From assembly GCA_963806185.1 (NCBI GenBank), contig CAWDXE010000007.1, forward strand, positions 192,001 through 256,000: DNA of 64,000 bases. The letters are read 5' to 3'. Below the pieces are notes generated by a model. That model did no database searches. It was not told the origin of the DNA and worked only from the letters and a program-made list of their open reading frames with translations. This document shows, piece after piece, positions 39,908-51,164 of the stretch (positions within the stretch are counted from its first letter, which is position 1; every line of letters begins with the position of its first letter). The position numbers and the translations under genes are program-made. This stretch comes from an uncultured candidate division Zixibacteria bacterium. GTDB lineage: Bacteria > Zixibacteria > MSB-5A5 > GN15 > FEB-12.

Positions 39908-40206
39908 CCGAGTCTCCAATCCTATGCACGCGGAGGATTCGTTTCCTTCGCGTGCCATGAACGGCATCGTCGACTATAGATGGTGCAGTGCTCCGTCTCT
40001 CGTTAGCCTGTTCCGATGCCCTCAAACCCAGAGCACTATCACTTTCAGTGTCCTGTTTCTGGATCGCCGTCGTTGAATGACCACGGGTCCGACGCGACTA
40101 CCCCCTTTACAAATCGCCCCGATCCCCCTATATTCTCGGCTTTCCAGACGGAATGCGAACCGGGTCGAGATTGACCCACAACCATTTAGGCGAAATCATA
40201 GGCTAC

Positions 40207-42008
40207 GTGAAGAAAAACATTCGTGTCGGCAATGCCGGCGGCTACTGGGGCGACGATCTCTCGGCGCTCAAACGTCAGCTTATGGGCGGGCCGCTTGACT
40301 ATATCACCATGGATTTCCTCGCGGAAATCACCATGTCGATTCTCCAGCGTCAGCGCAAACAGAACGCCGATCTTGGCTACGCCGTTGATTTTCTCGATCA
40401 GCTTTCGGAATGTCTCCCGTTGATTGTAAAGAAGAACGTGCGCGTCATTTCCAACGCCGGCGGGATCAACCCGATCGGCATGGGGCGGAAGATCGTCGAG
40501 ATGGCCCGGAAGATGGGGCTGGATATCAAAGTCGGCATCGTCTATGGCGACGATATCGTCAACAACCTGTACGAACTGAGTGCGGCCGGCGAGCGCTTTA
40601 CCAATATGGAGACGGGCGAGGACTTCTTCGGCGTCCGTTCTCGGATTTCGTCGGCCAATATCTATCTTGGCGCCGAGCCGGTCGTGAAAGCGCTCGAAGC
40701 GGGGTGCCAGATTGTCGTCACCGGACGGGTCACCGATACCGGCATCACGCTCGCGCCGATGATTCACGAATTCGGCTGGGCGATGGACGATTGGGACAAG
40801 ATGGCGGCGGGCATCATCGCCGGACATATCATCGAGTGCGGCGCGCAGGCGTCGGGCGGGAATATCAGCGACTGGCACGAGGTGCCGAGTTTCCACAATA
40901 TCGGCTATCCGATTATCGAGATGGAAGCGAGCGGTGAGTTCACCGTCACCAAGCACAAGGGAACAGGCGGGCTGGTAAGTGAAAAGACGGTCAAGGAACA
41001 GCTGGTGTATGAAATGGGGGATCCCTCAAATTACATCTCACCCGACGGTGTGGCGCGGTTTGATACGATTCAACTCAAGCAGGACGGCAAGGACCGGGTC
41101 CGCGTATTTGGTATCAAGGGAAAGCCGGAGCCGGATTGCCTGAAAGTATCGATGTCATTCGAGGACGGTTGGAAATCCTCGGGCGAAGTGCTGGTCTGCG
41201 GTCCGGATACGTCGCGCAAAGCGAAGATCATCGCAGAAATCTTCTGGAAGAAACTGAATCACAAGTACGAGGCGACATATACGGAGATGATCGGCTCCGG
41301 GTCGATCTGGCCGGCAGCAGTGGCCCAAGGGCGAGTCGAACGAGATTTTACTGCGTTTCGGCGTTCGCGACAAGAAGTACGAAAAGGTGCGCGACTTCGG
41401 CAAAGCGCTCTCTACATTGATTCTGTCCGGTCCGGCGGGGATGGCGGTGACGGCGAAGGGTCGTCCGAAACCGACGCAGGTCATTGCCTACTGGCCGGCG
41501 CTGATGCACCGCAGCCGCGTCAAGGCGAAAGTGCTGACGATCAATACGCAGGGTGACGAAGATTTCTTCGAGATTACGTTCCCGATGCGGGTACATTCTC
41601 TGCAGGGCGATGAGGTCAAGGCTGTTGCTCCCGCCAGACGAAAGAAGGTGGTCGGTGGTCGGCAGATCGCGGCACGACTCCAGGACATCTGCTATGCGCG
41701 GTCCGGCGACAAAGGGGATACGTGCAATGTCGGCGTTCTGGCGCGATCGCAAGAGGCATATGACTGGATCGTTCAGAATCTGACGGCTGAAAAAGTTCGG
41801 CAGTTCTTCAAGGGGATCACGCTCGGCAAGGTGATTCGCTATGAACTGGACAATCTTGCAGGGATTGAATTTCCTGTTGGAGGAAACGCTGGGCGGTGGC
41901 GGTACCAAATCGCTCAAGATAGATCCTCAGGGCAAGACCCTGGCGCAGGCATTGTTGCAAATGCCGGTCAAAGTACCGGCGGGCCTGGTGAAAACCGGCA
42001 GGCGGTGA
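40207..42008 (+). CDS. atuA: AtuA-family (acyclic terpene utilization, DUF1446) protein with fused C-terminal domain (indels near 41323 and 41858)
   Basis: RVGNAGGYWGD, DFLAEITM, SANIYLGA, GRVTD, GHIIECGAQ, EQLVYE, ARSGDKG, LGGGGTKSLKIDPQGK. Confidence 0.85.
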
Positions 42009-42013
42009 AAAGT

Positions 42014-43624
42014 ATGTTCCGGATTGAATCGAAAATCGATACGTCATCAGCGGCTTTCAAAGAAAACCGCGACAAGAATCTGGCCTCGCATAATCTCTTC
42101 AAAGAGACGGCTGGAGAAGGTCAAACTGGGCGGACCGGAGAAGTCGCGACAGCGCCATGTCGAGCGCGGTAAGACTGCTTCCGCGCGAGCGGCTGTCGCG
42201 TCTGCTCGATCGCAACACGCCGTTTCTCGAATTGTCGCGCTTGCGGCTTACGACATGTACGACAACGACGCACCGTCGGCCGGCATGATCACCGGTATCG
42301 GCGTCGTTCACGGTCGCGAAGTGATGGTGGTGGTGAACGATGCCACGGTCAAGGGTGGCACCTACTATCCGATGACAGTGCTCAAACATGCCCGGGCGCA
42401 GGAAGTCGCCGAGATAAACAATCTGCCCTGCATCTATCTGGTCGACTCGGGCGGCATCTTTCTGCCGCTACAGGCAGGGACCTTTCCGGATAAAGATCAC
42501 TTCGGGCGGATATTCTACAATCAGGCCCGGATGTCAGCCAAGGGATCTGCCGCAGATTTCGGTCGTCATGGGTTCCTGCGACGGCGGGCGGCGCGTACTT
42601 GCCCGCAATGTCCGATGAGACGATCATCGTTCGGAAGCAAGGGACGATTTTCATTGGCGGCCCGCCGCTGGTCAAAGCGGCCACCGGCGAGATTGTCAGC
42701 GCCGAGGATCTGGGCGGCGCCGACGTGCATTGCCGCAAATCGGGCGTGACCGACCATTATGCCATGAATGATGAGCATGCCCTGCAAATAGCCCGTAATG
42801 TCATCGAGAATTTCAACCGACCGCCGCGGTGGGAGCTCGATCGCGCGACGCCGGAGGATCCGTATTACGATCCGGAAGAATTATACGGGGTCGTCTCAAA
42901 CGATCTGCGGAAGCCGTACGACGTACGCGAGGTTATCGCGCGGATTGTCGATCGGTCGCAATTCCACGAATTCAAAGAGCTGTACGGGGCCACGCTGGTC
43001 ACCGGGTTCGCCCGGATCATGGGGTATCCAGTGGGGATCATTGGCAACAACGGTGTACTCTTCGCCGAATCGGCGCAAAAGGGGGCGCACTTCATTGAAC
43101 TGTGCACACAGCGGCGGATTCCGCTGATCTTCCTGCAGAATATTTCCGGCTTCATCGTTGGTCGGCAATACGAGGCGGGCGGGATCGCTCGCGACGGCGC
43201 CAAGATGGTGCATGCCGTGGCGAATGCCGACGTGCCCAAGTTTACAGTAGTGGTCGGCGGGTCGTACGGCGCCGGTAACTATGCCATGTGCGGGCGCGGG
43301 TATTTCCCGCGCATGCTCTGGATGTGGCCGAACTCGAAGATTTGCGTCATGGGGGGAGAACAGGCAGCGGATGTACTGGCGCAGGTCAAGATCGAGCAAC
43401 TCGAGAAAGAAGGGCGGAAGCTGAGCCGCGGACGAAATCGAAGCCATCCGCCGTCCAATTATCGACAAGTACGAGTCGGAATCATCAGCGTATTACTCCG
43501 GCGCGCGGCTCTGGGATGACGGCATCATCGGCATGACCGACACCCGGCAGGCGCTGGCACTGGGGATTGCATGTCGCTTAATGCGCCGATTCCGGAACAG
43601 AAGTTCGGCGTCTTCAGGATGTAA
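42014..43624 (+). CDS. liuB: Methylcrotonyl-CoA carboxylase carboxyltransferase (beta) subunit, about 7 indels
   Basis: [83 protein letters not shown]. Confidence 0.88.
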
Positions 43625-43626
43625 GT

Positions 43627-44408
43627 ATGACCTATTCCACAATAAGATATGAGCCGAGGGACGCGGTCGCTCGGGTGACGTTCAATCGTCCGAAGATCCA
43701 CAACGCCTTCAATTCGACTGTTATCCAGGAAATGCTCGAGGCGTTTCGGATCATCGAAAACGCGACCGACATTCGCGTGGTCGTCCTGACAGGCGAGGGG
43801 AAATCGTTTTGCGCCGGTGCCGATCTGAACTGGATGCGCGGCGTGATCAAACAGACCTTTGATGAGAATCTGGCCGAAGCCAACGCGCTGGCTGATCTCT
43901 TCTGGGCAATTTATACCTGCCGGCGGCCGGTGATCGCGCGGGTCAATGGCGCGGCGATCGGCGGCGGAACCGGCTTTGTCGCCGTATGTGACATGGCGAT
44001 TGCGGCAAGGTCGTCGCAATTCTCATTCTCCGAAGTGAAGATCGGCGTCGTGCCCGCCTGCATCGGACCGTATGTCATCAAGAAGATGGGCGAGGGGAAA
44101 GCGCGCGAGCTGTTCATCACCGGCGAGCGGATGAATGCCGAACGCGCGCAGGAAGTCGGACTGGTCAATAAGGTGGTGGATGACGACAGCTCGATGACGA
44201 CGTGAACACGCTGGTGAAAACAATTCTATCCTCGGGTCCGGAAGCCGTCGCGATGGCGAAAAGGCTAATCGGTACAGTGCCGGGGATGTCGCCCGAAGAG
44301 TTCCGGCCGTACACGGCGGAGATGATTGCGAAGTTGCGGGTCTCGCCGGAGGGTCAGGAGGGGATGGACGCGTTTCTGAACAAGCGAAAACCGAAGTGGG
44401 CGGAGTGA
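43627..44408 (+). CDS. liuC: Enoyl-CoA hydratase, methylglutaconyl-CoA hydratase-like (indel near 44188)
   Basis: NRPKIHNAFN, FCAGADLNWM, AIGGGTG, FSEVKIG, EGQEGMDAFLNKRKPKW. Confidence 0.82.
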
Positions 44409-44422
44409 GGGCAGGTTATGCG

Positions 44423-45946
44423 ATGACAAAGCTATTCGAAAGAATCCTCGTCGCCAATCGGTCGGAGATTGCCGTTCGTGTAATCAACGCGTGTAAGTCA
44501 CTCGGTATTCGCACCGTGGCAGTCTATTCCGAGGCTGACGTCAATAGTAAGCATCGTTTGATGGCCGATGAATCGGTACTGATCGGTCCACCGCCACCAC
44601 GCGAATCATACCTCGACATCGATAAGCTCATTATGGCGGCGAAGCAGACCGGGGCCGACGCCCTTCACCCCGGATACGGTTTCCTTGCGGAGAACCCGGC
44701 CCTCCCGGAGCGGTGCGCCAACGAGAAGATTACGTTTATCGGACCCGGCGCCCGGGCGATGAAATTGCTCGGCAACAAAATCGAATCGCGGGTGAAAATG
44801 GCAGACGTAGGTGTGCCGTTGATTCCCGGCATGACCGGGAAGGGCTCGGACTTCGCTTCCTATGAACAGGCGGCTGAGAAGGCCGGCTACCCAGTCATGG
44901 TGAAGGCCGCCGCCGGCGGTGGCGGCAAAGGGATGCGAATCGTACGCGAACCGGCGCAGTTACGCGGCGCGCTCGAAGCCGCACAGCGCGAGGCGCTGAA
45001 CGCCTTCGGCGACGATTCGGTGTATCTGGAAAAGTACATCGCCAATCCGCGTCATATCGAATTCCAGGTGCTGGCCGACCATCACGGTCACTGCATACAC
45101 TTGTTTGAACGGGAGTGTTCGATCCAACGAAGGCATCAGAAGATTATCGAAGAAACGCCGTCGGTCGCGCTGACGCCGGAGCTTCGCACCCGCATGGGGG
45201 CCGACGCGGTGAAGGTTGCCATGGCGGCCGGGTACACGAATGCGGGAACGGTCGAGTTCCTCTTCGACGAGTCCGGACATTACTACTTTTTGGAAATGAA
45301 TACGCGAGTCCAGGTGGAACATCCGATTACAGAATACGTGACCGGAGTGGACCTGGTAGTCGAGCAGATTCGCGTCGCAGCCGGACTCCCACTCGGAGAG
45401 CACCTGTACAACTTGCATCAACGCGGTCATGCGATTGAGTGTCGCATTTATGCTGAAGACGGCGAAAACGGTTTCCTGCCGTCGACCGGAAAAATACTAC
45501 TGTACTCGGAACCTGCCGGCCCGGGCGTGCGGGTGGATTCCGGGGTCATGCTCGGAACGGAAGTCAGCATCAATTACGACCCGATTATGGCCAAGTTGAT
45601 TGTCCACGCCCCCGATCGACCGGCGGCCATAGCAAAGATGATCGACGCGCTGTATCAGTACAAGATTCTCGGCGTAAAGACATCGAAGCGGTTTATGGTG
45701 GAGGTGCTGGAACACCCGGCGTTCGTCGGCGGGAAGACCTACACGAATTTCATCGAGACGCACATGGCTGCCCGTACGGATCGACGGGCGGATTACACAT
45801 CCATCGCCGCCGCATCGGCGTCAGCCACAGCCATGACGGTGCCGACGGCGGGCGGGGTTGGCGGAGACAGCAAAGCGACTGTGGCGACCCCGTGGCAGTC
45901 AATCGGCGCCTGGCAGATTGGAGACGACATCCATGCAAAAGCATGA
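44423..45946 (+). CDS. Biotin carboxylase subunit of the acyl-CoA carboxylase (LiuD N-terminal part)
   Basis: ILVANRSEIA, HPGYGFLAEN, GGGGKGMR, ERECSIQRRHQK, EMNTRVQVEHP, YDPIMAKL. Confidence 0.93.
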   Translation: MTKLFERILVANRSEIAVRVINACKSLGIRTVAVYSEADVNSKHRLMADESVLIGPPPPRESYLDIDKLIMAAKQTGADALHPGYGFLAENPALPERCANEKITFIGPGARAMKLLGNKIESRVKMADVGVPLIPGMTGKGSDFASYEQAAEKAGYPVMVKAAAGGGGKGMRIVREPAQLRGALEAAQREALNAFGDDSVYLEKYIANPRHIEFQVLADHHGHCIHLFERECSIQRRHQKIIEETPSVALTPELRTRMGADAVKVAMAAGYTNAGTVEFLFDESGHYYFLEMNTRVQVEHPITEYVTGVDLVVEQIRVAAGLPLGEHLYNLHQRGHAIECRIYAEDGENGFLPSTGKILLYSEPAGPGVRVDSGVMLGTEVSINYDPIMAKLIVHAPDRPAAIAKMIDALYQYKILGVKTSKRFMVEVLEHPAFVGGKTYTNFIETHMAARTDRRADYTSIAAASASATAMTVPTAGGVGGDSKATVATPWQSIGAWQIGDDIHAKA

Positions 45947-46439
45947 GTGGGCCATTGACGATTGCATTTTGGAATCAGAGGTAGAGCGCCGTGACGCGGA
46001 ATTCACGGTTACGGTTGGCGGGAAGTTCCACTCCCTGACATCGCTTGGCAACGGGCTGTTCGCGACGGTGATCGACGGTCACAAGCGAATCGTAGCGGCA
46101 GTGCGGGATAGGGACAAGTACCTGGTGGATATCAACGCCATAGTGTATGAAATCACCGAACCGTCGGCCTCGTCAGGCGTCAGCCTGGATGAAGGCCACG
46201 GGGCGAAAGACAAAGTCTATGCGCCGATGCCTGGGAAGATCGTCAAACTGCTGGTCAAAGTGGGCGATCAGATAGTCGAAAAGCAGCCTTTGGTGATTGT
46301 CGAGGCGATGAAGATGGAAAACCAGGTGACAGCCAAGGCGCAGGGGAAAGTGAAGGCCGTGAATTTCGCCGAGGGCGACCAAGTGGATACGGAACGGCCG
46401 ATCATCGAGCTTGAACTAACTGACATCGTTCACCAATGA
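45933..46439 (+). CDS. Biotin carboxyl carrier protein
   Basis: APMPGKIV...VEAMKMEN. Confidence 0.92.
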   Translation: MQKHEWAIDDCILESEVERRDAEFTVTVGGKFHSLTSLGNGLFATVIDGHKRIVAAVRDRDKYLVDINAIVYEITEPSASSGVSLDEGHGAKDKVYAPMPGKIVKLLVKVGDQIVEKQPLVIVEAMKMENQVTAKAQGKVKAVNFAEGDQVDTERPIIELELTDIVHQ

Positions 46440-46452
46440 TTTTCTAAGACTT

Positions 46453-46890
46453 ATGAGTGAAGCGAAGCTGGCCGACGTACGCGTAGCGCGACACATGAGT
46501 CATGCTGCCGAGAGAGTTTTCGACGCCTGGTTGAATCCGGCCGTGGCCTGTAAGTGGCTGTTTGCCACGCCAAACGGAACCGTGGTGCGGGCCGAAATTG
46601 ATGCGCGACCCGGCGGCGCGTATACTATTGTCGATCGACGTGACGGCGAGGACGTTGCGCACACCGGCATCTATCAGGAAATAGTTCGGCCAAAGCGACT
46701 GGCCTTCACGCTGGTCGTTGAGAAGTACTCCAAAGAAGTCAGCCGCATTGTCGTGGACGTCTTTCCTACCGGCGGAGGTTGTGAAGTTGTCCTGACCCAT
46801 CAGCAGGTAGTCCGGGATTTTGAGGAATCGACCAAAGCGGGCTGGTCCGGCTTGCTGGCGAGGCTCGACGCCGCTCTTGACGAGTCATAG
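46453..46890 (+). CDS. SRPBCC/AHSA1-like domain protein
   Basis: ERVFDAW, DARPGGAY, GIYQEIVRPKRLAFT, GWSGLL. Confidence 0.85.
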   Translation: MSEAKLADVRVARHMSHAAERVFDAWLNPAVACKWLFATPNGTVVRAEIDARPGGAYTIVDRRDGEDVAHTGIYQEIVRPKRLAFTLVVEKYSKEVSRIVVDVFPTGGGCEVVLTHQQVVRDFEESTKAGWSGLLARLDAALDES

Positions 46891-46895
46891 GACAT

Positions 46896-46927
46896 AAAAA
46901 AACCGGAGCCTTATCGACCCCGGTTTC
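46896..46927 (-). terminator. Terminator of the outer-membrane protein gene
   Basis: Minus strand aaaccgggg..ctccggttttttt. Confidence 0.6.
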
Positions 46928-46956
46928 CGAGTTCATCTCAAACTCAACGAGCGATT

Positions 46957-47565
46957 TCAGAAAAATTTCAGGCCGAGGGTAAGCGGGATAAATGCTGACG
47001 ATTCGCCGTCGGTCTGAATCGAAACGTAGCGAACCTGCGCAAACAAATTGAACGCCGGCCCCATCTTCATTTCCACCCCGCCACCAAAGTTGTAGTACAA
47101 CTTGCTCTGATTGTCCGGAATCAGGCCGTTGAGCTGGCTGGTCGCCAGGGTATTGGTACCGGAGAAATCCGTCTGCTGCATGCTGGCGAGTCCCACGCCA
47201 CCCAGAACGAACGGGTGCAGGGGAGCGGCCGGGAGGTTGGGGGCGAAGCGCAGGTCCGCTCCATACATCCATACCTTGTTGGTGCCGCCCTCGACGCCTT
47301 CATACGCGGCGAAGTCGGAGCTTTTCCAGTCGATCGCAAACGAATGCAATTCGACTTTACCGATCACCTGGAACGCAGGCGACATGTTGAATCCGAGGCC
47401 GACTGAACCGTGCCAGCCGTTTTTGAAGCTCTGCTTGAAACCTTCAGGCGCGCTGGGCACTGAGATCAGGCCGCCCGCATAAATGCTGAACGGCATCGGC
47501 ACCTGAGCCGACGCGCCGGCAGCGAGAGCCAGACAAAACAGAGCGACCAACCAAACCTTCTTCAT
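46957..47565 (-). CDS. Outer membrane beta-barrel protein (OmpA-like transmembrane domain)
   Basis: Signal peptide, amphipathic strands, PFVLGGVG, terminal Phe (LGLKFF). Confidence 0.82.
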   Translation of the reverse strand: MKKVWLVALFCLALAAGASAQVPMPFSIYAGGLISVPSAPEGFKQSFKNGWHGSVGLGFNMSPAFQVIGKVELHSFAIDWKSSDFAAYEGVEGGTNKVWMYGADLRFAPNLPAAPLHPFVLGGVGLASMQQTDFSGTNTLATSQLNGLIPDNQSKLYYNFGGGVEMKMGPAFNLFAQVRYVSIQTDGESSAFIPLTLGLKFF

Positions 47566-47917
47566 GTTTTCCTCCTGGAAAATGAGTGTGCCGAATTATC
47601 AGGCATGTGTATAGATATTTTCGGCACGGTCATGCCCTTCCTTGACCTCGAAATTATACTCGGCCAAAGTGTCATCGGTCGCGCGGAACCTCGAATACGG
47701 TCCGAATTGGTCCAGATGAGCCTTTGTATCTTCTTGTCACATATTGCCTAGCGATTGGCTGCTGGACGGAAGTTCAGCAATTGGCCGGTAAATTCCCGGC
47801 AAGTTGAGCAGTGACAGAAAGATAGCCGGTCGGAACGGTTGCGCGTCGGGCGGAAATTCGTTATATACCCGGCACTAACGATTACATGTCATCTCAGAAG
47901 TGAATCTGGAGGCTACG

Positions 47918-49108
47918 ATGGCTGATAGACAGGATGCGTATATCATCTCGGCCTGCCGTACAGCAATTGGGACGCTGCATGGTGGCTTGGGTCAATTCAC
48001 CGCTCCGCAGTTGGGCGCGCTGGCGATCAAGGAAGCCGTGAAGCGGGCTGGTGTCGACGCCAACGATTTCGACGAAGTGATCATGGGACAGGTCGTGCAG
48101 GGCGGCGCGGGGCAGGCACCCGCTCGTCAAGCGGCCATTCACGGCGGCATTCCCCCGGCCGTGCCGGCCCTTACGATCAACAAGGTGTGCGGCTCCGGAC
48201 TGAAAGCGGTGATGCTGGCGGCCCAATCCATCAAGGCCGGTGATCAGAATCTGGTGCTTGCCGGCGGGATGGAATCGATGTCGCAGACGCCCTATGTCAT
48301 ACGCGGCGCCAAGCAGGGCACCAAGTTCGGACATCAAAAACTGGAAGACATCATGATCTCCGACGGATTGTGGGATAGTTTTAACAACTACCACATGGGG
48401 AGTGCGGCTGAATACACGCGTCGTAAAGCGAATATCACTCGTGAAATGCAGGACGAGTTCGCGCTGAACTCCCACAGGAAGGCAGCCGCCGCCCAGACCG
48501 GCAACAAGTTTGCCGGCGAGATCTTTGCCGTACCGGTGCCGCAACGCAAAGGCGATCCGGTAATGTTTGTCAAGGACGAGGCCATTCGCGCGGACATCTC
48601 TCTGGAGGGTCTGGCGAAACTTAAGCCGGCCTTTGAGAAGGACGGGACAGTGACGGCCGGCAATGCGCCCGGACTCAATGACGGCAGTTCGGCCAGCGTT
48701 ATCGCCTCGGCCAGCTACGTGAAAGCGAAGAATCTGAAACCGCTCGCCCGAATTGTTGATTATGCGACCGCCGGTACTCCGCCCGAGGAGCTCTTCTTCG
48801 CGCCGATCTTTGCCATCCAGAAACTGATGAAGCAAATGAATGTCGGGATCAACCACTGGGATTTGATCGAGGCGAATGAAGCCTTCGCCGCACAGGCGCT
48901 GGCCGATGGCATCGGTCTCGGCTGGGACTGGAACCGGGTCAACGTGCATGGCGGAGCCATAGCGCTGGGCCATCCGATCGGCGCTTCGGGGACGCGTATT
49001 CTCACGACGCTGATCTATGCGCTCAAGGATCGCAACAAGAAGACTGGCCTCGCGACTCTCTGCCTTGGCGGCGGGAACGCGGTGGCTCTGGCTATAGAAC
49101 TGGTGTAA
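47918..49108 (+). CDS. Acetyl-CoA C-acetyltransferase (canonical thiolase)
   Basis: TINKVCGSGL, EANEAFA, GHPIGASG, LCLGGG. Confidence 0.95.
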   Translation: MADRQDAYIISACRTAIGTLHGGLGQFTAPQLGALAIKEAVKRAGVDANDFDEVIMGQVVQGGAGQAPARQAAIHGGIPPAVPALTINKVCGSGLKAVMLAAQSIKAGDQNLVLAGGMESMSQTPYVIRGAKQGTKFGHQKLEDIMISDGLWDSFNNYHMGSAAEYTRRKANITREMQDEFALNSHRKAAAAQTGNKFAGEIFAVPVPQRKGDPVMFVKDEAIRADISLEGLAKLKPAFEKDGTVTAGNAPGLNDGSSASVIASASYVKAKNLKPLARIVDYATAGTPPEELFFAPIFAIQKLMKQMNVGINHWDLIEANEAFAAQALADGIGLGWDWNRVNVHGGAIALGHPIGASGTRILTTLIYALKDRNKKTGLATLCLGGGNAVALAIELV

Positions 49109-49134
49109 TTGGGACCGAGTCCGGGAACAACGGT

Positions 49135-49995
49135 ATGCAACTGGAAGACATCAAGCATGTGGCCATTATCGGCAGCGGTACCATGGGCAATGGCATCGCG
49201 CAGGTGTTCGCCTCGTACGGCTACGGGGTGACGCTCATTGACGTTCAATCGACTGTGCTGGAGAAGGCGGTCAATTTCATCAGCGGCAGTTTTGATAGAT
49301 TCATCAAGAAGGGCAAGTTGACCGAAGCTGACAAAGCGGCGGCCATGGCCCGGATCAAGACCACCACCGATCTTCACGAATCAAAAAATGCGCAACTCGT
49401 CATCGAGGCGGTGCCGGAAGTACTCAAGCTGAAGAGTGATATTTTCGGACGACTCGAAGATCTCTGTCCTAAGGAAACGATTTTCGCGTCGAACACGTCG
49501 TCGCTGCCGATCACGCAATTGGCGTCGACAACCCGGCGGCCGGACAAGTTCATCGGCATGCATTTCATGAATCCGGTGCCGATGATGCAGCTCATTGAGT
49601 TGATTCGCGGGATGGTGACCAGCAATGAAACGATTGCGCTTATTCGCGACCTGTCGGTGAAACTGGGCAAGACGCCGGTCGAAGTGAACGATTACCCCGG
49701 CTTCATCTCCAATCGCATTCTGATGCCGATGATCAACGAGGCCATTTACGCCTATTGGCAGGGCGTGGGGACAGTGGAGTCGATCGATGAAGTGATGAAA
49801 CTGGGTATGGGACATCCGATGGGACCGCTCACCCTGGCCGACTTCATCGGCCTCGACGTCTGTTTAAATATCCTGGAGGTAATGGACAGCGGGCTGGACA
49901 CGTCGAAGTATCGCCCCTGCCCGTTGCTCAAGAAAATGGTCCATGCCGGGCACCTGGGACGCAAGTCCGGCCGTGGCTTCTACGTGTACGCATGA
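49135..49995 (+). CDS. hbd: 3-hydroxybutyryl-CoA dehydrogenase
   Basis: GSGTMGNGIA, ASNTSS, GMHFMNP, HPMGPLTLADFIGLD. Confidence 0.93.
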   Translation: MQLEDIKHVAIIGSGTMGNGIAQVFASYGYGVTLIDVQSTVLEKAVNFISGSFDRFIKKGKLTEADKAAAMARIKTTTDLHESKNAQLVIEAVPEVLKLKSDIFGRLEDLCPKETIFASNTSSLPITQLASTTRRPDKFIGMHFMNPVPMMQLIELIRGMVTSNETIALIRDLSVKLGKTPVEVNDYPGFISNRILMPMINEAIYAYWQGVGTVESIDEVMKLGMGHPMGPLTLADFIGLDVCLNILEVMDSGLDTSKYRPCPLLKKMVHAGHLGRKSGRGFYVYA

Positions 49996-50010
49996 TTGAG
50001 GAGGGGCTGA

Positions 50011-51153
50011 ATGGAATTTCATCTGTCCGATGAAGATCTCGAACTGAAACAGATGGCCAGGGATCTGGCGGTCAAACGGATATTTCCCATCGCCATGGAG
50101 ATGGACGAACTGGAGAAGACGCCGGACGATCTCATCAAAGAATGCGCCGACCTCGGGTACTTCGGCTTTACCGCGCCGGAAGAGTACGGCGGATTGGGGA
50201 TGAGCACGACGTCGTTCATGGGCGTGCTTGAGGAAATCTGCGCTGCTTCAGCTGGTTTCGGCATTATGCTATCGGTACACAACTCCCTTACGTGCGAAAT
50301 CCTCAAGCACTTTGCGTCGGACGAACTGAAGAAGAAATATCTTCCCAAAATGGCCGCGGGAGAGAAGATCGGCGCCTATTGTATCACCGAACCAAACGCC
50401 GGAACGGATGTCGGTTCGCTGCAGACGACGGCCACGGAAAAAGGGAACAGCTTCATCATCAACGGCACCAAGAGCTACGTGACAAATGCGAAGTATGCCG
50501 GTGTGTTGATTGTCTTTGCCAAGTCCCATCCGGCCGAAGGGCGGCGAGGTATCTCCTGCTTTGTCGTCGACAAAGAGACGAAGGGAATTACGCTCGGCAA
50601 ACCGGAGCGGAAATGCGGCATCAAGGCGTCGGACACGCGCGAGATCAATTTCTCGGACGTGGAAGTACCGAAGGAAAATGTCCTGGGGCATCTCAAGGAC
50701 GGTTTCCGCATGGCGGTGTCGATTCTCAATTCAGGGCGTATCGGGGTATCGTTCCAGGCGATCGGGATTGCCCGTTCGGCACTGGAGGAAGCGATCAAGT
50801 ATTCCAAGCAACGCAAACAGTTCGATCAGCCGATTGCCAATTTCCAGGCCATTCAGTTCAAATTGGCCGACATGGCGATGCGTCTGGACGCCGGTCGGCT
50901 GCTCGGCTATCGCGCCGCCTGGTTGAAAGACACCAATCAGCCGGTTCACCGCGAGGCATCGATGGCCAAGCTCTTTTGCTCGCAGATGGCGAACTACGTC
51001 TGCAACGAGGCCGTACAGATTCACGGCGGCTATGGCTATATCAAGGAATATCCGGTTGAACGCTATTTCCGCGATGCCCGCGTGACCGAATTATACGAAG
51101 GAACGTCGGAAGCGCAGCGCATGGTCATTTCACGGGACCTGCTGAAGGATTAA
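50011..51153 (+). CDS. Acyl-CoA dehydrogenase (short/branched chain)
   Basis: TEPNAGTD, NGTK, GRIG, QIHGGYGY, YEGTSEAQR. Confidence 0.93.
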   Translation: MEFHLSDEDLELKQMARDLAVKRIFPIAMEMDELEKTPDDLIKECADLGYFGFTAPEEYGGLGMSTTSFMGVLEEICAASAGFGIMLSVHNSLTCEILKHFASDELKKKYLPKMAAGEKIGAYCITEPNAGTDVGSLQTTATEKGNSFIINGTKSYVTNAKYAGVLIVFAKSHPAEGRRGISCFVVDKETKGITLGKPERKCGIKASDTREINFSDVEVPKENVLGHLKDGFRMAVSILNSGRIGVSFQAIGIARSALEEAIKYSKQRKQFDQPIANFQAIQFKLADMAMRLDAGRLLGYRAAWLKDTNQPVHREASMAKLFCSQMANYVCNEAVQIHGGYGYIKEYPVERYFRDARVTELYEGTSEAQRMVISRDLLKD

Positions 51154-51164
51154 CGGAGGACGCG

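Noticed and set aside
47894..48973. 359-aa ORF antisense to the thiolase, and similar long antisense ORFs over atuA, rarA and ligA
   Set aside because: Expected stop-free antisense frames in GC-rich coding DNA.
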